The notes beneath the pieces are model-generated. The model worked only from the letters and a program-made list of their open reading frames with translations, had not been told where the DNA came from and ran no database searches. Both the position numbers and the translations under genes were made by a program. DNA of 48,734 nt, the filler included, from Streblomastix strix (Eukaryota): assembly GCA_008636045.1 (NCBI GenBank). It is 2 parts of 2 records of this genome, joined end to end, with 100 filler letters (N's around TTAATTAATTAA, not from the genome) between each part and the next. Parts side by side here need not be neighbours in the genome. Positions count along the whole stretch, not along the records: positions 24,419 to 48,734 come from SNRW01000240.1; 1 more part is not named here. The stretch is one strand, 5' to 3'. Positions 24,510 through 44,825 of the stretch are shown here, piece by piece; within the stretch, counting starts at the first letter, position 1; each line of letters starts with the position of its first letter.

Positions 24510-25776
24510 TTTATCAGCTTTTGGACTTATCTTTTAAGGTTTGTAAGATATATTTTGTTTGTTAATTAAGGTAAGGACAGTTCGAAATCTCTTATATAGG
24601 TATTTAATATAATAAAATCTAATTATTTCTATTAGTAAATATTTTATGCACTGAATATAAATATAGAGCAATTGACAAACGTTTTGCAGATCCATAATTT
24701 AATACAGATGTGATGAAACCGATGCTCATTGAATAATTGATGGATAAAGATATAATGCATCTTTCTGGGGGTATATTATTTATCTATTAATTATTTAATT
24801 ATAATTTACATGTTCATATATTAATAATTAGGTGAATTATAACGTGTTGCAATTGTGATGTGTTTAGGAAAACCAGCAGATGTTTATTTAATTGATGAAC
24901 CATCAGCATATCTTGATGCAGAGTAAAGAGTTGTTACAGCAAGAGTAATTAAAAGATATATAATGCATTCTAAAAAGACAGCATTTGTAGTTGAACATGA
25001 TTTTATTATGGCAACTTACTTAGCTGATCATGTCATTGTTTTTGAAGGTTATATATAACATTTTTTATCAATTTTTTTGTTTATTTTTTAACTTGTAACA
25101 ATATATCTTTAAAACTAATTCAATATATATTTATTATCTATTGACAACTTATTTATTTATTTATTAGGAACGCCTTCTAAATAATGCATAGGAAGATCTC
25201 CATAAACATTATTGACTGGTATTTAATTTTACTTATATTTCATTTCTTAATTTATACCATAATTATAAATTGAAAATATTTTTATTTTAGGATTAAACCA
25301 TTTCCTTTCTCAACTTGAAATAACATTCAGAAGAGATCCAACAAACTTTAGGTATTAATTATTCATGTATTTATTTATTTATTATTATTTATTTATTAAT
25401 TAAAGGCCAAGAATTAATAAATACAATTCTGTTAAGGACAGAGAATAGAAAGAAAGTGGAAACTATTTCTTTGTTGGAGAAATTGGTGAAGATGAAGAAG
25501 GAAAGAAAGGATCTGGAATTGCAGGTATTTATCTTAATTAAAATAGAATAACTGAAATATAAATAAATATATTAATTATTTACAGCTATTGGAGCATCAT
25601 CTATTGCTGAACGTAAGGAGTTGACTAAAAAGATGAAAAAAGAGAAACGAGCCGATGAAGCTGCAGCTGCTGCTCAGAAGAAAGCGAAGAAAGAAGCAAA
25701 TTTGGGGTCAAAGAAAGATCTTGAAGATCCAGAAGAATATAATGAGGACGAAGAAGCGGATGATGAGGAAAATTGA
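24510..25776 (+). CDS. ABCE1: ABCE1/RLI1 ribosome-recycling ATPase, 3' part, multi-exon
   Basis: [36 protein letters not shown]...[16 protein letters not shown]...[33 protein letters not shown], with GT-AG introns. 5' boundary approximate. Confidence 0.95.
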
Positions 25777-26188
25777 GCATTTTTACAGCTATCTTATAGC
25801 CTTATCGGGCAAATATGAGTGTATTTTATTGTTAATAAATAATAATTGTTAGATAATTACAAATTTTATCTAGTATAATGAATTTATTCACTGATCCTAG
25901 GTCAATCTCTTTACAAGAAAAAAATAATGTTTCAAATTACACACATTTAGAATAATAATAACTATTGTGAAAGTTTAGATAAAATATAGCAATAAAAAAG
26001 AGAGTTTGAAGAGCAAATAAAGAAAATTCATTTTCAAATTTTATCTATTAGACCAGAATAAAAAAAAAATAGCCTTCATGTAAAGAAATTATTATGCAAA
26101 GACCGAGTTTATTTAGTACATATAGTAAAAACCATACATACAAAAAATAATATCGTACGAGAATAAGAATTTGTTTATTTCTTTAGTA

Positions 26189-27793
<1,605 letters not shown>

Positions 27794-27831
27794 TTTTTGT
27801 TCAACTGCCGATCTGCCCCACTTACTGTTTT

Positions 27832-27919
27832 TTTTTGAATCAATCTTTCAATTAATAGCTTTTTAAAATGTTTTTGAATCAATCTTTCAATTAATTGCTT
27901 TTTAAAATGTTTTTGAATA
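27832..27919. repeat. 39-nt tandem duplication (~2.2 copies)
   Basis: tttttgaatcaatctttcaattaat(a/t)gctttttaaaatg repeated. Confidence 0.85.
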
Positions 27920-27993
27920 AAAATATAAGTTATTTATTTTTAAATGTGATTAACTATCTTATTATTAAAATTTGTTTTTATTGATATTTAAAT

Positions 27994-29750
27994 TCATTTT
28001 CCCTATGGATTTGTTGCACCCTCACGCCGAAGTAGAATAGGATTAGGAGCTTTGTTTGCTTAGTGGTAAGTTGATATAATTGATGATTAGGGAAGTTTTA
28101 CCTCAGATGCATTCTATTACATAGCTTGCTGCTTTCGTCGTTTTGTATCCATCGTGTGACATTCCATAGCAAATGGAGGAATTTCTTATGGTTCACACGG
28201 AAGTGGTTCGGTCCAAAAGAATGCATGATTCAGCGCTTCGTGTGCTTTCAATCTCTTTGCTGGGTTTAACTATAATAATTTTTCTAGTAAATCCACTGCA
28301 GAAGGAGGTTAATTCTTGAATCTTTCTGAAATAGTTCTCTATCGGTCTTTATCAGGTTTATATCGAGCAATTGATGCATTAATTCCACTTATTCCCATTC
28401 CAATGTTTTATGCTGCTGCATTTCCACGATAATAAGGTAAGTTCTCCACTTCAGGCCAATCCATTATATTTGGAGTTCCACACAATTTCCAAATTAAATC
28501 AAGTTAATCTGGTTCTTATTAACCTGGCATCAATACAACACCACCTGTTAGAAATTCTCCAAGAATACAACCAACACTCCACATATCAATTGATGAATCA
28601 TATGTCTATGCTCCTAATAGAAGTTCTGGAGGTCTATACCAAAGTGTAATAACCCTTGATGTGAAGATATTATCCCTTCTTTTATCAAATTCTCTGGCTA
28701 ATCCAAAATCTGCTATTTTCAATTCTCCTTTTTGTCCAATAAGAAGATTAGCTCCTTTTAGATCCCTATGAACAATATGATTCTTATGCATAAGTTATAC
28801 TCCTTATAATAACTACTTCATATAACATTTAATTTGTGGAAGTGTCAATCTTCCCGCCTCTGCTTCTAACAAACCTGCTAAATCATGCTCCAAATATTCA
28901 AATACATAATAAATATTTTCTAAATTTCAATTCAATGAGCAGAAGATAAATAAATAACATATAATAAAAAGAATTATTAAATAATAAATTATCTAAAATA
29001 ATTAATAATATACTTCCTTATGTAATAACTCGCTTTAAATCGACTATATTTGGGTGTCTTAACCTTTTTAAAAGCTTTATTTCTCTCACTGCTGTTAAAG
29101 GAAACTATATAAAATAAATACATTCATTGTTATAATTATACTAATTAATAAATAAATACATTCATTGTTATAATTATACTAATTAATAAATAAATACATT
29201 CATTGTTATAATTATACTAATTAATAAATAAATACATTCATTATTATAATTATACTAATTAATAAATAAATACATTCATTATTATAATTATACTAATTAA
29301 TAAATAAATACATTCATTATTATAATTATACTAATTAATAAATAAATACATTCATTATTATAATTATACTAATTAATAAATAAATANNNNNNNNNNTAAT
29401 AAATAAATACATTCATTATTATAATTATACTAATTAATAAATAAATACATTCATTATTATAATTATACTAATTAATAAATAAATACATTCATTATTATAA
29501 TTATACTAATTAATAAATAAATAATATATATTTATACCCCTTCCTTCTCATAGTCCAACTTTGCACGTTTGAGAGCAACCAATTCTCCAGTTGTTGAATC
29601 TCTTGCACGTTAAACATCACCATAAGTTCCTTTGCCAATGTCCTGCCGATCTACATAGTCCATTATGTTACTGCTGCATTTTTATTTCAATTCTCCTGAT
29701 CCAATACTTAATGTAGATGATAAAGTTGTCCCAGGAAAGAAACTAGACAT
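27994..29750 (-). CDS. Cyclin-dependent kinase, CDK9/CDK12/13 (transcriptional CDK) type
   Basis: [62 protein letters not shown]; two introns. Confidence 0.92.
29111..29523. repeat. 38-nt intronic minisatellite, at least 10 copies, with a 10-N gap
   Basis: aataaataaatacattcatt(g/a)ttataattatactaatt repeated inside CDK intron 1. Confidence 0.95.
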
Positions 29751-29803
29751 TTTCTTGATAAATTGATAATATTTAAATTGAATAATTAGTAAGAATTAAA
29801 AAC

Positions 29804-30366
29804 ATAAATAAATATATGGTTAATAAGTTTAAATATATTTTGAAGAAATAAGAAAGAGTGTTTCTATCGGATAAATATAGTTTGTTTTAAGTCGGTTATA
29901 ATTGTCGTTTGATATTGTTAATATTTCATTATATTTAGAAAAGAAATAGAAAGAGTTAGCATGACATAGAATTGGTTAATTGAAATAAAAATATTTTATA
30001 TAGTACACTTTAAACGTGATTTTGTGAAAAAAAACTAAATGTTAAATTAAAATATTAGAAGGATTAAATTGTTGTTGTTAGTAAATAAGAATTAAATATT
30101 GAATATAATAATCTGCAAATATTGTATTTGCAATGTTAGAGTGCAATGATTGGAGTAAATAACATTGAAAAAGCGAATTTGTATGAAAAGAAACGTATTT
30201 ATGTTATAATTATTGGTGTAAATGAAAAAGTATAAATTTAAATTTTATATAAATACAAGAATTTTCTTTAATAGTTCCTAATTATTTATTGATTAACAAT
30301 TGATTTATTAAAACTTTTATTTTTATATTTCCTTATAGTCGAACTTCAATTTATGTTAATCGTGCA

Positions 30367-30395
<29 letters not shown>
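29804..30395. repeat. 592-bp direct repeat, copy 1
   Basis: Near-identical to 35078-35669; about 5 substitutions seen by eye. Confidence 0.95.
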
Positions 30396-35064
<4,669 letters not shown>

Positions 35065-35077
35065 TTACTAAAAAAAT

Positions 35078-35669
35078 ATAAATAAATATATGGTTAATAA
35101 GTTTAAATATATTTTGAAGAAATAAGAAAGAGCGTTTCTATCGGATAAATATAGTTTGTTTTAAGTTTGTTATAATTGTCGTTTGATATTGTTAATATTT
35201 CATTATATTTAGAAAAGAAATAGAAAGAGTTAGCATGACATAGAATTGGTTAATTGAAATAAAAATATTTTATATAGTACACTTTAAACGTGATTTTGTG
35301 AAAAAAAACTAAATGTTAAATTAAAATATTAGAAGGATTAAATTGTTGTTGTTAGTAAATAAGAATTAAATATTGAATATAATAATCTGCAAATATTGTA
35401 TTTGCAATGTTAGAGTGCAATGATTGGAGTAAATAACATTGAAAAAGCGAATTTGTATGAAAAGAAACGTATTTATGTTATAATTATTGGTGTAAATGAA
35501 AATGTATAAATTTAAATTTTATATAAATACAAGAATTTTCTTTAATAGTTCCTAATTATTTATTGATTAACAATTGATTTATTAAAACTTTTATTTTTAT
35601 ATTTCCTTATAGTCAAACTTCAATTTATGTTAATCGTGCATCATTTCTACATTGTTTTATCATCTTTAT
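35078..35669. repeat. 592-bp direct repeat, copy 2
   Basis: Matches 29804-30395. Confidence 0.95.
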
Positions 35670-36383
35670 TATTAATTTTATATTAATTATAACTGAAATG
35701 TTTCTAATCCTGAAATATTTTTACTTTAAATTTCCTGCTTTAATCTATTTATTTCGTTTTTGAAGTCAAATGAAATTGTATGTTTGCAATATTATTTAAT
35801 ATATGGAGAAATATCTAATAAATATTACTTTGACTTCATCCCTAAATTCATCAAATGAGATAATATTTATAAAAGCGTGGATTACGCTGTGACTAGATTC
35901 CATTATACAATATATTTTCCTTTTATGAATATAAATATAAAAAATAGCTATGATTAACCAATTAATTGAATAAGTTAATATTAAATTAAAGATTATTATT
36001 TTTGAATAAATCCGAATTGAAGATTAAACTCAAGATATTTCAATCTTCATATTATATTGTAGCTAATATTTTCATTTATTCTCATAAATCACATATAACT
36101 TATCTGTTTGGATATTTGCAACCATTGTTTTACACTTGAATAAACCAAATTTTGGAATCTGAAGCCATTAAACAAAAATATATTTTATCCACCTTCAGAA
36201 CAATGTTTTAAAAACAGATATTGTACCTTGTTATATTATTTTTTAGGCTTTATAAAAGCTATTTTTTATATACATTAATAACCTATTATAAATATATTTA
36301 TATTACTTATACTAACAATTTTGTACATATTTTTATTTTTTTTTCAAAACAAAGAAAACTTGTCAGATAAAATTTCATAAAAT

Positions 36384-38437
36384 ATGAATAACTGCTGTCC
36401 AATTTGTCGATCCACTTTAACACGCCCTGCTGTTTTAAGCAACTGTCTTCATGTATTTGGTATATACTTTCCTAATTAGTTTTATTTCTTACTATATTTT
36501 AATACAGACCTACGTTGTATCTTATTTATAATATCATCAGATGCAGGATTAAGAAGATGCCCTCTTTGTCGTGCTCCTATATCACTAATCTTCTTTGATT
36601 GTGTGGATAAAGACAAATCATGCTCAGTGTGTGATGCTAATGATGAATCTTAGTTCTCCACACTAATATCTACTCTTCCTGGAGGTGATCTGTAATAAGA
36701 TGGGGAAAGAATATACAATGCAATGAGGTAGGATGTATAATATTAATCAGGATCTGGTATGTCTGTTGCAACTGGAGAAGGTGGAGCTTGTTTAAGTACA
36801 AGAAGGCGCATCTACGATGAACAACTTCTAATTGTAGACCCTGCTCCTTTTAAAATGCTTCGTCTTGTTGGTATTATTTATATTATTAATGTAACATCTT
36901 ATTTTATTTTTATTCTTTTATATTTTATTTCTTATTGATTTTAGATAAAATAATATTTAGATTTTTACTTCTAGAACTATCTTAAGAATGGATAGTTAGA
37001 GAAATGTAGGTTATATTCAAAAAAGTTGATGTACTTATGGAGGTTAATAAAGTAATTGAAATATTAGCAAATGAAGGACTTTTCAGTTTTACCACATCTA
37101 TTGAGTTATTTAATCTATTTATTAATGCTCCCACTTAATAATCTCTCTAATTAGCATCAAATATAAGTATCTTTAATAAACATCCATGTTCTACTTCTCT
37201 TATATTCCTTCGTGAAATATCTCATTATTTTCTATATATTTTGCGTTCTCCAATATTGAGCAGGTAAGAATTTGATGCAATTACGAGATATTATACCCTT
37301 CCAAATCACTATCAGAAATCTTAATAATAACTTTAGAATATCAGTATGAATTAGAAATTAAATTAATCAATTAAATTGTTCAATTATAATCAAAATATTC
37401 AAACAGATAATAATATAAATTTAACAAATAATGAATAAGAAATTAGTATTAAATAATGTGAGTTCATTTCAGAATTAAAAAGAATATGCTAAATTAAAGA
37501 AAAATAAAATAAATAAATATAAATAGAAAATATAAATAAAGAAGAAAATAAAGAGAATAATTTTGCTAATCAAAAAGATAAAACTCTTTTAAGTGAATCA
37601 AATGACCTAATTCCACATTTCTCTTCTATTTCCACTCTTCCTGTTATCATTTCTACATTTATTTGTCCTTAACTACATTAGTAATAAATAAACTCAAATT
37701 TAAAGCATCCAATACCAAGAAACGAAAGAATTAAATAAAGTATTCCACTTCCTCATATTAGTGAACACAGGAAAATATTTCCTTTAGAAATGATTGGTAG
37801 ATCAACTTCAAATCCAATAACATTAGATGATGAAGAAGAGGAAAATAATACAAATTAATAACAACAAATCTTAATTAATGATAAATAAACATCCCCTTCT
37901 CCTTCACTTTCATAAACTCCAAATGCATTTCATATTCCTTAAAATCATTCTACTTTTCTTTCATAAATTAATTTCATTCACTCATTAGGTTCATTCACAA
38001 ATACTATTGATTCTTTATACCATTTCCCTTCCATTGATATATATTTCTAATAAGACAGCCCAGATAATAAAGATATAAACTAATTATAATCATCTTCATC
38101 GATATTATCCCAATCCAATGTTACTCCTTCTGAATTGGAACGATGTAGAATTTTGGCATCTGAAGTTAAAAGACGCAGAAATTTGCACAAACATCATCTT
38201 TAGAGAGAAGAGAAAAAGAAAGAATAGGATATTGATATTAACAGAGAAGGTATCTATGAATCTGAATAGGATGAAGATGATACAAGGACGTCGTAATAAT
38301 AGGAATAGATCATAAACAACGTAAATGGCAGGAAGAGGAGACGCTTAAGTGAGAATGAAGAAGAAAATGATGTGGTATTTGTTGGTCGTATGAGTGAAGA
38401 TGCAAAGGAATTTCCCTAAAACTTCAATGAAGTCTGA
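36384..38437 (+). CDS. RING E3 ligase, Topors/Psh1-like
   Basis: CPIC...CLHVFDLRC...CPLCR RING, then RRRIY, EWIVREM, RSP...EFDAITRY and a C-terminal SIM-like DVVFV; two introns. Confidence 0.75.
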
Positions 38438-38508
38438 CAAATATAATATTGACGTTGATATATTTTTTTTATCAGAACTTCTGTGTAATTTGTTGATATT
38501 TTCTAATA

Positions 38509-41500
38509 ATGATCAATTCTGATACTTTAACACCAAATAATATAATTTTTTTCGATTTTAACCACCTTGGCCGTGCGCTGTAAGCTCTTCATGAGCAAAA
38601 TGGCTTGAACACCCAACACGCACAGCTTCGAGTAGAATTTGTAACCTGGTTATAGAGCACGCTTAGAACAGCTGCCATTATAAAAGGATTTTTGGTACCA
38701 AATGCCGGGCACATGGTCAATATTGAGCCCGTAAAAGTTCGCCAGGGTAATCTTCAATTTTCACGGTTAGATTGTTATTTATTTGGATCCTCACATACTC
38801 TTCTTGGTACAAATGATTGCGATGCCGATATTTATATTGATCTTGGGCTTGAATTTGAGGATAAAAGCAAAGAACTGGCACATTTCCTTGCTATAGATTC
38901 AGAGCGTTAAAGTAATACGAATAAAAGGAATGAATTAATTTAAGATTTGTAGAATATTAAATAATTATCGGTCATTAATTCCAATACTTTATAATTAGAT
39001 ACTGAAGATGAAACTGATCATATTAACTTGGAAAATTCAGAATAAATTCCACTCGCATTAGTTCCATAAGAGACTATGTTATAATAATAATAATTACAAT
39101 CATAACCACAGATGGTTGTTGCTCGAAGGACATCATATAGCCTTACGTTTGCTCCAGCAACAAGATCTGGTCCTGCTGATGAGAATATCTAATTTAATGC
39201 ACCTTCACCATCGCACAGTTATGGATTTAATAATCAAAATGAATTTAATTGGAGTGGAAATAAGATTGGATGGCGAAATTCATCTGATCATTCATTAGCA
39301 ATTAGAGCATTATAATTATTAAGATCTTTGATGCCTCATGATATTAGATGGGGATATAATATTCATTAAGAAGAATAAATGTAGTTGATACCTGCACGTG
39401 TTCCATTGCTTTGATTTACTCCTCCTCATCCATTTGGATATGGTACTAAACCTGATAGATTTAGAGCATTATCTAATGGTCCTGCAGCAATGTAAGCATC
39501 AAATGCATTATTGAACCATGATACATAAGGATGGGGTGTAAGTATGTTAGATAGTATGCATAATAAAATACCTTTGATTCAATCATGCGATATAAATTGC
39601 TCATCTCCTGATGGACTTACATCTTCTGCTGCTCTATTAAATGCATTGAATTCTCCACTATATTCTTTTTAAAATGAAGATTTAGATAATAATTAGATTA
39701 ACAATACTAGTTAATAACCTTTAGATGATAATGAATTACAAATGCTATCAAATAAAGAAAGGAAAGACGAGTAAGTAAGTACTCCAAATTATATGAAGAC
39801 ATTTCTTGAAAGTTATTAAAATTAACAAACTTCTAATTAATCTATTAATTCCGTATTAATTGTATTTATATTTTCTATCAAGATGTGGTTAAAAGGATGT
39901 TAAATTAATGATGCAAGGTATGGATATCCATCATCATATAATGTATCCGTTATGTGTTTGTATCTTATTAAAATAATGAGGAAGGTTAGACACCATTGGA
40001 AATAAGCATGTTTAGAAGAAAGTAAATAGAAAGAAATATAATTGAATTTAAATAGTAATAATTTAGAAAATGAAAATCAGAATGAATTTTATAGCAATAC
40101 TTCATCAAATCCTGTTTTTAATTCAAATTCAATATTTAATACACCATTACCACATCCAATACATTAAAATAGTACATCTTTGCTTGGAAGACTATTTTAT
40201 TCATTCTTCTTATTCTATGGATATATATTTGATTACATAAGTGATACAATTGTTGATGCAAGAAGTGATTAACAAATTGAATAGCAGAGAGAATATGAAG
40301 AAAGAAAAATGAGAATTGAAAAAGAAGAAATGGAATTAAAGGAAAAATAAAATGAATAGAAAAGAGAATAAAAGAGAAATAAATTAGAGTAAGAGAGAAA
40401 TAATAGAATAATTAATTAGTAAGAAAATGAGAAGAAATAGAAATTAATAAATAGTGATAATATAAACAATAAAAATGAAATTGAAAAATAAGATTATAAA
40501 TAAAATGATGATGATAGCGACCTAATATTCAATATTATTCAATCCAAAGATTAAATTTAAGAAGAATTTATTCCTATTAATATGAAAAATGGAATTTAAA
40601 TTGGAGATTAACAATAAAAAAAAGAATAAGAATTATTTTTAATGAATAAAAATGAAACAGAAACACCTGAATTCTTACCACTTCCATCTCTTGATGATTT
40701 CTCATTTCAAATTCATATAAATCCTTAATCTTATTCATCTTAATAATAATATCCTATTTCTGAAGTTGAATAATCTTAATTAAAGTCAGAAAATGAAAAA
40801 TAAAATTATATTCAACTTTCTTAAATTCCATAATCGTTATTGTCAATAAATTCACAATCATTTTAATAATCATCATTTCATTTGAACATTTAAAAGAAAT
40901 TATCTTCAAAATTATTTTCTAAATGTTATGAGATAATGAATCCTTTTATTTATACTCCAATTAAAAATAATGATAAAATGAATTATAACAAATAGCTTGA
41001 TATGAATAAATCTAACTTTAATTTATTTAAAGAAGATTAATAATTAATGCAAACTTTATCATCATCTCAATTTCATAATCCACCTTCTCCTTCACTTTTC
41101 CCACTTCATTAATAGAATTCATTATAACTAAATAAACTTCACAATCCTCATTTTATTGAATCAATAATAATCCCTCATTAATAACAAGATGAAAATAATT
41201 TATAAATTTTCAATTAAAATCAAACTTCATTAGATTCTTAATGAAATTATTCACAATTTAATTTACCTTAATAATCTTCTTTACTATAATAATAATAGCC
41301 AACATCATTTTCATCTTCATATCAATTATAATAAAAGTAATAGATATAGTTTCAATCACAATTCAACTAATATAAATTGTGTATATAAGGAATTGATTCT
41401 GGAGAAAAGTTGAGACCAATTGTTGGTAAATAATTATTTGACTTTATTTTCCAATGTAGAAGAGCTGAACATATTCTTAGATTATTTATAGTAATGAATC

Positions 41501-44500
41501 CTCAAATTGGTTTTATTATTATTATTATTATAATTATCATTTAAATCATGTATTTATTTTTATTATTAATTATATAAATAATAAAAAGAATTACAATAAA
41601 TTCCTGAAGAAGAGAAAGATGCAGAATCAATGTTTGATGAGGAAGCAGATGAATTGATTGATAAGGTTTATTATATTATTATGTTATTTTATTCTGATAT
41701 TTGCGTATTAATTTCTTTATCTCTTCGTTTTATCTAATAAAATCAATATTTAATTAAAAAATAAATTTATTTTATCAGATTTTGATAGGAAATGGGTTTA
41801 TATCTTAATTGGTAACAAAGAAAGAAGACATAATAAAAAGTAGAAGGGAAGAAATTGGAAGAATGAGATGTTAAACTGAATCTAATTTATTTTCGTTTGA
41901 TCACAATGATGAAAATAATGAATAAAAAGACGAGGATGAAAATATGTTGGATAATAAAAAAGAATAAATGAAGATTCACTAACATACTTATGAAAATATT
42001 AATTAGAAAGATGAACATTTGAAACATGATCTGAAATTGGATAAATAGAAAAACACTGAAAAAGAAAAGAATGATCATAGAAATAAATTAGAAATTAGAT
42101 TGAAAAGAGAATCTGAATTAGAAAACGAATAGTAAGAAATTAATTCTTCTGATGAGTTTAAAACAAATAAAATTGAGAAAGAATTTGAAAATTAATAATA
42201 AAATGAATAATTTACGACAAATAAATCAATATTAATTCCGTAATCATCAAATTCAAATCAATTATTACATGAAAATAATATATTAAGTAATTATTTATCA
42301 TAATATCCCAATTAATATTCATCTCCCAATCAATAATAACAGACTTAAACAGTTTAATTGAGTGAGTAGTAATAAATGATTATTCGTTTATGGTCTTTGT
42401 CTCTTGGATTAAATGTAAGAAGTATTGAATTGAATATGAAAGGTATGCACATGAAAGAGAAAGAAAAATAAATTAATATTTTCGATAAAGATAATAAATA
42501 TGGGAAGAAATTGAAGAAGAATGTTATTTAAATTAAATAATAAAATAATCAGTTTACAAGAAACATTAATTATAATGAAGAAAAGGATGAAGACGATGAT
42601 GTTAATAAAGGAAATGAATATATTCTTTGGACGGATGACATTAATTCATTATAAAACAATTTATATTATCATTAAAATGAACAAAACAATTAACTGTCTT
42701 CATACTCAAATACATAATAATAATCTTCCTCAATTTCACAATCACTTTAAACAAACAAGTTTACTTCTGCTGATTAAGTTTGCTTTTTATCCTTCATTCT
42801 CCTTCTTCATATTTCAATCTTTCTTTCTTTTCTTTTTATTTTTATTTTATTATTCATTATTCTTTATTTATTTTTTAATTAATTAATTATTATATATGTT
42901 TCTATTTTAAATATTATATTTTTATTTAAATATTAGATTTTGATTGAACTTCTTATATATAATAAAATTTTGACATAAGGATTGGAGAAGAAAGCAAAAG
43001 ATGAAAAAATATAAAGGTTTATTAATATAATTTATTAATGCAACTGTTGATTTTGAATATTTAATTATTTAATATGGATTTTTTATTAATTGCATTATAA
43101 ATATTTTCACAATTTTATACATTAATTTTAACAATAACTGTAACTGTAACAAGATTGGCACTAAGAACCAAAAGATTATAAGCAGAGAAACAATAAAGAA
43201 GAGAAGAAGAGCGGAAACAGATGATGGAAGATATGAAGAGGAAATAAACTATTGAAGAAGAAGAGAAAAGGAAGATGAGGGAGAAGGAAATTTTGGATCT
43301 TTTGGAATTAAATGCAAAGGGGAAAAAATAAAAACAATCAAAAACATAACAAGAATTAGACATTAAAGATGAAAAGGATGACAAAAAGAGAATTGAAAAT
43401 GATTAAAATATGAATGTTAACTTGAAAAAGGAGAAAATTTCGGAAAACGTCAATAATTTTGAAACACATTAACCATAGTAACTATTTTCATTTGAAGAAA
43501 TTCTTAGTAATTAAAATTAAAATTAAAAGAAAAATAATAAATTAATAATTAAATAATAAAAGAATGAAAATAGTTAAGATTCAGATATGGATATTGACTT
43601 ATAAGAATAAGAAGAATGTTTGAATATAGAAAATATATAAGCTTAGATTGAAGTATATAAAAAAGATAAGAATTTTAAAAAATAGAAATAATTTTTTTAA
43701 ATAAATAACCGTGTGAATTATAATAATGATAATAATGATAAAATTATATAACAAAATTGGCCTAGTAGTAAATAATTATAAAATGAATAAAATTTGTTTA
43801 GTAATAATTTATTAACATTATAATCACCAAATAAACATTAATCACCGAATTAATTTAATATAAATGAAATTTAATAAAGAACTATTTCACAAGATAAAAC
43901 AATAATAATTTCGAATAAAGATATAATTTAATCTTAATCAAATGTTTAAAATCAGAAACATTAAAAGAAAGAAATAATAAAAGATTCTGAATATGAGTTG
44001 GATAATAGAAGTTGGAATAAGATGAAAAAGAAGAAAAGAAAAAGAAATGAGGAAGAAAATGAAGATTCGTCTTAAGGTGAACTATATGAGAATAGTAAAT
44101 ATCATCGATTTTAGTAATATATAAAAGAAAAAGGATAAAAAGTAGAAATAAAGAAAGAAAAGAAAGTTTAAATAGATAATAATTCTGATTATGATATTAA
44201 TATTAACAGTAACATTGAAGATGATGATGAATATAGTGATATATCATATCGTATAAGAGAATTCAAGCATAATAATCAAAAAAGATTAAATAATGCCAAT
44301 ATTAGAGATAGAGATAATGTAAATAACCATATTGATAGATTAGAAAAGAATCAAATTGGAAGTTTTAGGAGAGGAAGATAAAATAATAGACCTGATGAAG
44401 AATATGATATTAGGATAGAAAAAGATAAGGAGGATGAAAATATTGTAAATGAATAATAAAATATAAAATAAAATGAATAGTAATCGAATAGAAGACAATT

Positions 44501-44825
44501 AAAGAGAAAAAGAGTTTAATCATCATCTTAATCTGCAGATACACATCTTTAATAACATAATCAAAATTAGCTTCATTAACATAAACAATAACATTTCTAA
44601 ATAGATTATTAATAATAACAAAAATCATAAAGCAACAATTATAATAAAAACCAAGATAATGATACTATAAGGAATGACAATAATAGAAACTAAGATTAAA
44701 AATCAAGAAATTGGTATTGGTCGAGTGGAATCAAGCCATCTTCTAAATAAGTTTAATAGAAATAATAAACATAAGAATAATCTAAATAAATAATAAAAGA
44801 ACAAGAAAAACAATTTTAAAAATGA
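38509..44825 (+). CDS. Terminal nucleotidyltransferase (TUTase / non-canonical poly(A) polymerase, Cid1/GLD-2/TRF4 family) with large low-complexity inserts; contains an in-frame TGA
   Basis: LFGSSHTLLGTNDCDADI, ARVPLL, SCDIN, IKMW...GYPSSY, LGRLFYSFFLFYGYIFDY. Assignment of the exons beyond ~41500 to the same gene is inferred. Confidence 0.75.

Noticed and set aside
29111..29523. 38-nt repeat as a CRISPR array
   Set aside because: Head-to-tail units without spacers, inside a eukaryotic intron, no cas genes.
35690..36240. Possible gene between repeat copy 2 and the RING gene
   Set aside because: No convincing start-to-stop frame or motif found by eye.
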